A stretch of 43,966 nt of DNA from Octopus bimaculoides. Taxonomy: Eukaryota. This document shows, in pieces, positions 36,837 to 43,966 of the stretch; within the stretch, counting starts at the first letter, position 1, and every line of letters begins with the position of its first letter. Under the pieces are notes generated by a model. That model saw only the letters and a program-made list of their open reading frames with translations, did not search any database and was not told the DNA's origin. Made by a program: the position numbers and the translations under genes. Location: the NCBI RefSeq assembly GCF_001194135.2, contig NC_068991.1:64362716-64406681 (forward strand). Direction: 5' to 3'.

Positions 36837-37188
36837 AATAGACATTTCATTCAAATTATTACTAATGGTATGTGTTACAGTTAAGAGCACATTAGATTGT
36901 CGTAAATGATCGTCCCTCGTTGAAAATATTTTCTAAGGGAAATAAAGCATTTACTTACAAAGAAGAACTTTACAAATGGCCACAGAGTAAAAATATACTA
37001 TATTCATATAACTTGGTACTTTTTGATATCAAATGGATCGTGAAATATTTTGCTGCTAGTTCAAGTAGACGCTGTATATGTAGATGGAAACGTCTGTATT
37101 CACATCGATTTCATCTTCGTTCAAACAGTACATACTCGTGAATTTTTTTTTTTTTTTTTTTTTTTTTCAATTAGATTATCCTAAGATA

Positions 37189-37402
37189 TATTGCTTCAAA
37201 TTTTAGCACAAAGCTAGCAATTTCGAGAGAGGGTTAAGAAGATTACATCGACTCCAGTGTTCAATTTATAGTTTAACGACCCCGAAAGAATGAAAAACAA
37301 AGTCGACCTTGGCGGAATCTGAGCTTAGAATGTAAAGCCGGACGAAATTCCATTAAGCATTTTTCACGGTGTGCTAACGATTCATCCAGCTCACCGCCTT
37401 GT
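37189..37402 (-). mobile_element. SINE type A, full length
   Basis: Head GGCGGTGAGCTGG; 14-bp TSD ATTATC(C/T)TAAGATA at 37175-37188 and 37403-37416. Confidence 0.88.
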
Positions 37403-38741
37403 ATTATCTTAAGATAGATTAAAATGTATCAAAAGCGAATTAGGTCAAAAACTAATATATTCATAAACCTCAAACACTGGAAAGAGCACCTATGATAGCA
37501 ATGACAAATGCTCTCAACCCATATATAGTAGATTGTCTTTGTAGCTATATTCGCAGCAAACAATATCCATTGTTGAAGTGCGTGTCGGTGCGTGTATCGT
37601 ATCACTTTGTAACTACAAGCGTTGAGAATTTGTGATATCCTTGGCAACAACTATGTGTCAAGATCATTGTAGAGTTGACTTATTAAGGAAATGACGTGGG
37701 TGAGCCAGTAATTCAGAATGTCTCAGCTTCATGAAAGGAATGTTTGTCTATCAATTCAAGAATTGTACCAAAAGTTCAAGTAGAAAATTTTTAATGATGA
37801 ATCGAGGCTCAGATGCTAAATATTTCTTTCCTGATATGATACTTAAATACAAGGTTAAATCAACTGTTTCCAATTGTCAGTACTGGCTTACTCGGTGGTG
37901 TGTTAAAAGTATAAAGCTAACAGCCAGCAGTTCGTGCCTCAACACCCTCGTTCTTCTTTGTTCCTTGCAAAGGCACAGCTACAAACGAGTCATCCCACAA
38001 AGCTCAAGATAAACATTCGTCACTACATGTCTCTGCTATAACTTGCGTAGGTATATAATTGCAATGTTCGTTTTATTCCTTCCATACACAGGGATCTTAC
38101 CAGGGGTGGGAGACTAATATAACCGAGATAAAGTCCTACTAAACAGACTGGCATTCATAAGAAAATAACAGAAAAGTGGGTGAGAAATGCTAGTGAAATT
38201 AGGTTTAAGCAGTAGATTTTCATTCTTAAAGCTGTAAACTCACCTCTCTCCTTTCATTTACCCAAACATTCATTTACTGAAACCTCAATGAATGACTCAA
38301 AAATTACACTCCTAAATGTTGAGCTATTTTACTGACATTTCAAATATTCCTCATTGTAGATTTGATTCTTTGTTTTTTTTCTTCCTCTTCACATACGTCA
38401 CTGCATTCTTCTAACTCCATCAAATCAAAAGTAACATAAAAACTCACTTATTATTTCCTTCCTTGCAATTCATTCGACCAGTTCTCTTGAAGTTTTTGAA
38501 TGTCAAACTTGTCAGAGAAGAAGTAAACAAAAAATGGCAAATTGCACGCGATCAAATAAAATGTAAAAATGTCAAAGTATCTGCATGACACATTCAAATC
38601 ATTTAAACCTGATGATGAAGAATCTAGAGTGAATTCACATTTCCAGGTTTTTCATGAACTGGCGTTTATAAAATTAAACATTTTTTTCATGCTTTTCACA
38701 TCACCACACAATAGTTTTCCCTTTTATTATTGTGGTTGAGG

Positions 38742-38951
38742 GCAGGCGGCAAGCTGGGAGAAACGTTAGCACGCCGGGCGAAACGTTTATTTCGTCTGTC
38801 TTCACGTTCTAAGTTCAAATTCCGCCGACGTCGACTTTGCCTTTCATCCTTTTGGGGTCGATAAATTAAGTATCAGTCGCGTACTGGTGTCGATCTAATC
38901 GACTTAATCCCCTCCCACAAAATTTCGGGCCTTGTGCCCAGAGTAGAAAAG
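38742..38951 (+). mobile_element. SINE type A (tail variant 1), full length
   Basis: Perfect 16-bp TSD ATTATTGTGGTTGAGG at 38726-38741 and 38952-38967. Confidence 0.93.
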
Positions 38952-40291
38952 ATTATTGTGGTTGAGGAATATGTTTTTAATTCGTTTGTAAGTCGATCTC
39001 GCTGATTTCAAATCTCTGACAAGCTGATTTTGATTAACATTCTTAGAGAGTCAAAAAATTTAATTCCAATCAAATGCGAGGTTTATAAAATCCAGTGTTA
39101 TACCTTTTTGTCTCTATCAGAAATCGATATTATTTTGAAACTTATATTAACATATTTTCATTGTGTACTCTATTATTCGTTTTAGTTTCTCGTTAACTTT
39201 TTTCAGAATATCAATGTCGTATTTTTCTCCTTTATGTCATTACTTATTTCCTTAAAAGGTAGAGTGACAGAAATAGTAGATCGCCCGATAAACTCGCTAC
39301 CTAGCAATATTAAGTTGTGACAATCTACAATTTGCGGTCCACTTGTGTTTTTATGAATTTCACATTCCATTTTACATTTCATATATGTACCAGAATTTAA
39401 ACTCATCTAAAAACTCGTTCTTTCTCGTTGTCAAATATGAAACCGCACAAGAAATAGTTATTACATGATATCCTGTTAGACGACGTAAACATTTTTACGT
39501 AGAAGTATTTGTACAAAAAGTGTTATAGTTTTAGTTGAAATGTAAAGCGGTCGTTCATTTGTTTGGATACAAGTAATTCAATATGCCACAGATCTGCTGG
39601 TTGTAGGTAAAGATACTAGATCATGCATGGTTGTTACTAGTTACTTACTCAATTCTCATGTAAATCTTTGATATTCACAACATATCGAAAGATGAGTTAG
39701 CGGAGTTAACTGAAGCTAAACATAGCGTAGAACATGTATACATTATTCAGTTAAGCGAAGAGTAGAAATAGTTATCTTGCCATAGGCTGATAGCAGAAAA
39801 CGGTTGTTGTCACATGTTACAAATCAATAGTTTGAGAAACCAGTGTTTTGTCTATTAATATTGATTTCTGAAACAATGTATGCTGTTGTAGCGCTGGTGG
39901 ATTTGTAGGCGATCGATAAAATCGACTCTCGTACAGGTGTAGTGCATATTCTATCGAACCCAGACTAATAGACAATCAGAGAGCGCAAAACTCTGCCAAT
40001 GTTTCTTTATCTTGGCACTACGGCCGCAACACAGAGGGGACTCTACAAAGACACCACAATGGAGACAAAAGACATAACACGAATGGAAATGAGATGTTAT
40101 ATAAAAATGAAAAAGGAAATGGCTGGATGAGCTCCACTCCCATGCAGTACCATTTGAATGTTTATATAAACTATTTACAATCGTTCTATTATCTTATTGT
40201 TTTTTCTCGTTTTTTCCTCTTTTTTCAAAATGAAACAATTTTACTTTTTTCCTTCTTTCTTCAATAAAACTTTTTAATATCTCATAAAAGG

Positions 40292-40903
40292 TTATAAATC
40301 TTTTAGCTCCACTATCACACCTGGCGAGTCAATCCCCTCTCCACACATGTCTTTTAATCTGTTGTAGGTGTCTTTGTCAACCACAACGGCCTTCACATTC
40401 TTGAAATACACATCCGTGGGTAACTTAAACTCTTATATGTTTAAACTTTAATACTTTCTTTTCGGTTTCTTTACTTTTTGTGTCCGTCACAAAATTCCAT
40501 CGACATTTTCCTTTTCTCATTAGTTTTCTCCTTTCCTGCTCCGCTCCTGATACCTTCTTCCTTTCTTCCACTTCCATGAGCAGACTCTCCAGTTGCATTT
40601 CCAAACTTTCCTCCTCCACTGGAACAACCGGTGTCCTCACCGATGTCTCCTCCTCATGCAACACTTCTTCAGATACCTTTTCGCTCATTCTTTCCACCAC
40701 AGTTTCGTCTTCCTTCCTTCTGGTCTCCTCCTTTTCCATCGCTTCTTTCTTCTTTTTCTGCTTCTCTGGCGGAGAGCTCACTTTTACACTTCTCTTTCTT
40801 TTTTAAACAACGTGAACCCCTCCTCCGTTGATTTCTCCTTTATCTCGACCTGTACCACCTGGTCCGTGCTCTCCTGTCTCTCCGTATGCTCTATCTTTTT
40901 CAT
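40292..40903 (-). pseudogene. Glu/Lys-rich coding relic, possibly a retroelement ORF1/gag-like fragment
   Basis: ORF 40425-40781 extends with two inferred compensating frameshifts to ~203 aa: MKKIEHTERQES...KHIRVKLPTDVYFKNVKAVVVDKDTYNRLKDMCGEGIDSPGVIVELKDL*. Confidence 0.4.
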
Positions 40904-41402
40904 TTTTAACCCTAAATTCAATACGACACTGGCCAAGCAACAGGCAGTCATATTTGCGTGACATACATGTATAATAATATGATATTAGCAATTGGTAATT
41001 TTAGAAAGTTAATTGAAATTATAATTATGTACATTTTTATGTATGCCATTCAATTATTGCAGAGAGAATCAATTACTGTAAAACACCATCTACATGGAGG
41101 AAAAACATCCCAGTTAAACGCGCGTTAAATACTGAATCCAGTGAGCCTGCAAAAGCTAATGAACAATGCTTTTCAGCAAAAAGGAAAGAAACAATATTAG
41201 TCAAATGACCGAGGTTATCTAAGTTATTTCAACAAGTACTGCAGAAAAATCCGGTTGTGTTCCGATCCTATTATGATCTCACCCTAATTGTCGAAGTAGT
41301 GATAAGCAACACATTTAATGAACGTACTACAAGTCTGTGCACTTCTAGGGATTTAGAATTAAGAGAATTATATGGAATTCAATTTCAACATTTTTTCTCC
41401 CA

Positions 41403-41440
<38 letters not shown>

Positions 41441-41809
41441 ATGAAATTACCTGTATATCTACAATGAATATGTGTGTGTATGTCTGAATGCATGCATGCG
41501 TATAACATATTTCGTTGGTGCATCCTGAATAATATGTGCGGACTAGATCGATTGATGTGAACAAGCCTTTATATCCCTACAAAAAATCGATATTAGTTAC
41601 CATCTTCCATGAGTAGATGACTTAGCCGAATTGAGAGTACACCATATAAAATTCCTCGTCGTAATTAGTTGAAGCTTTATATATTCAGATATAAAATCCC
41701 TCTTAGGTCGATTTAGCCTTTCATACCATCAGAATTTATAAGAGATTTGCTAATGAAATATTCGAGTAGATATAATGGATTCTTCTTGGCCTATTATTAG
41801 CACTGAAGA

Positions 41810-42020
41810 AGTCGGCGATGGTAGAAGCCTTAGCATGTCGGGCCAATGCTAAGAAACATTTCTTCTGGCTCTTAACATTCTGTGATGAAATCCCGCTGAG
41901 CTCGACTTTGCCTTTCATCCTTTCAGGGTCTATAAAGTAAAGTACCAGTGACGTAAAGGGTCGATAAAATCGATTCACCCCATTTCGAAACTCGCTGATC
42001 TTCTGCCAAAATTCAAAGAA
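41810..42020 (+). mobile_element. SINE type A, degraded
   Basis: GAGCTCGACTTTGCCTTTCATCCTTTCAGGGTC..TAAAGTACCAGT..GGGTCGAT. Confidence 0.78.
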
Positions 42021-42134
42021 TTGTTAAGCACTGAGATGCTTTCTGTTGCGTACATCATTTGTGAATTCGTGTAAAACATGCCCTAAATCTTCGTAACTAC
42101 TACATTGGTAAAAAAAAAAAAAATGGCGGAATCT

Positions 42135-42321
42135 TTTATTGTTTACATGTTTTCACCATTTGACTACGCCCATGCTGGGGCATCACCTTGGAGGACATCG
42201 TCGGACAAATCGAACTCACTACCTATTATTATTATTATTTAAGTTTGGTACTTATTCTATCGGCCTCTTTTGCCGAACCACCAACACCAGTTGTGAAGCA
42301 GCAGTGGGAACAAGCACAGTG

Positions 42322-42388
<67 letters not shown>

Positions 42389-42552
42389 CGACGGGCTTCC
42401 ACACAATTTCTGTCTACCGTATTCACTCACAAACCATTACTCGACCCGGGGTTGTAGTTGAATACACTTACCCAAAGTGCTGCGCAGTAAGATAGAACCT
42501 GAAACCACGTGGTTACAAAGCGAACTTCTTAATCACACAGCCATAACGGCAC
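42135..42552 (-). mobile_element. SINE type B, near full length, with expanded internal (TA)n(TG)n
   Basis: Head GGCTGTGTGATTAAGAAGTTCGC, GAAGCCCGTCG followed by microsatellite, 3' CCCCAGCATGGGCGTAGTCAAATG. Confidence 0.85.
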
Positions 42553-42714
42553 CTTTTGATATTTTCCTTTTTTACTGACGGAACAATTAACAATAGACCG
42601 GAAATTAAAGATGCCACCGTCTATTTACAAAGCATAATTATTTGTACAGTAAAAACGATATTGACTACAATACGCATTTCAAAATCCCAAAGATGGCGGA
42701 ACTATTTAGTTACT

Positions 42715-42769
42715 TGATACAAGGAGAAATTTAAATAAAATGATACAAGGAGAAATTTAAATAAAATGA
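42715..42769 (+). repeat. Perfect 26-bp tandem duplication
   Basis: TGATACAAGGAGAAATTTAAATAAAA x2 plus TGA. Confidence 0.95.
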
Positions 42770-43237
42770 AATATTTCACTATATTTTCCATTATATAAAT
42801 TTCATTTCCACAAATATAACCTGTGGCACATTCTCGTTATACATCTATGGTTTTGCTTCTATATTATATGAATCTTTATAATACTCACTCGTAGGTTTAT
42901 TATCGGATAGATTTATTATCTGATCTTTTAGTCATCGTTGTTGTTGTGCCATGTTGTTGTACAAATGCTGACATTGTCGTCTTCGTTACTGCATTACATT
43001 TCTTCTAGTCTCCTAATTGCTTCTGTCTCTCACAGCACAATACTACTATTAGTAAACTGCTTTTCATTAAAGCTTCGATATTTATTTCAATGTATTTGCG
43101 GCATCAAGCAATTTCGGTGCTACGCTATAAGAACTACCTTAATTAAGAATCAGTAAAAACGATTACGTTAATTGCGCCTAAGTGGATTGTATTTATTTAT
43201 CTACTTATTTATTGATCTTATGGTATGAGCTGTATAA

Positions 43238-43321
43238 TATTCTTGAATATTTACGTACAATACTCTTGAATATTTACGTACAATATTCTTGAATATTTAC
43301 GTACAATATTCTTGAATATTT
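43238..43321 (+). repeat. 23-bp minisatellite, ~3.6 units
   Basis: TATTCTTGAATATTTACGTACAA units, one T>C variant. Confidence 0.95.
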
Positions 43322-43966
43322 GTTTGAAGTTCATAAAACAACCCACGAATACGCTACATAAGTGTACATCTTTACATATGACTTAATGCATGGTATTATA
43401 TATCAACATTTAATGAGCGGGATGTTGAAAATTATGTTTTAAAACATTCGTAGGTGTTTTTAAATCATTCACTAACACAGTTTGTTACGAGCTTTGATTG
43501 TTTTGATTGTATACATATATATATGTAGGTATGCATTCACAATATTGTACAATACTTCATTAAAATGGCTCCTTACAAAATGGCACATCATCATCTGCAT
43601 TCGTAGGAATAGAAGATTGGGGTGGGGAAATGACAATGCAAGTTTCGAAATAACACCGAAAGGATGTCGAAAGAACGTTATGAAAGGGAAAGCTGACTAG
43701 CAAAATATCAAAAAATTCTAAGATGTTCGCCTTGATTATGCCTATAGATTTCTTTCTATAACGGCCGTTGTTTGAATGGAGAATGGTATAACATAGCTGC
43801 TATGTGTTAGTCAGATCTGAACGGAGGCAATCAGCATGTGAGAATAATGGATTTTTTTTATTACATTCTTTCTTGTCTAATAATCAATAATGTACTATTG
43901 CCTAATCTGTAGAGATTGTCATATCGATTTTTTGTCAGCGAACAGGCATATATATATATATATATA

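Noticed and set aside
43238-43321. CRISPR-like array
   Set aside because: Units are contiguous with no spacers; eukaryotic context.

Overview
AT-rich, repeat-dense animal DNA with 7 assembly gaps. The SINE types and microsatellite density point to an octopus genome (inference). No intact host protein-coding gene, tRNA/rRNA gene or CRISPR array is supported, and almost all ORFs in the track are microsatellite, N-gap or antisense artefacts. The window holds about 20 tRNA-headed SINE copies or fragments (at least 4 types, some with clear target-site duplications, one nested), a 5'-truncated L1/Tx1-like LINE (~14.7-16.05 kb), an internally deleted Chapaev3/CMC-type DNA transposon with both TIRs (17899-19221), Penelope-like terminal fragments and two unassigned coding relics. 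Two structures stand out. (1) A 596-bp foldback element (36241-36836) with perfect 37-bp TIRs, a 7-bp TSD, a perfect 71-bp inner inverted repeat and a central palindrome of telomeric repeats, (TAACCC)7-TA-(GGGTTA)7. (2) A 110-bp-armed palindrome (8187-8432) carrying two oppositely oriented minimal hammerhead ribozyme motifs. Related hammerhead-like motifs occur at ~2.84 kb and ~22.3 kb.
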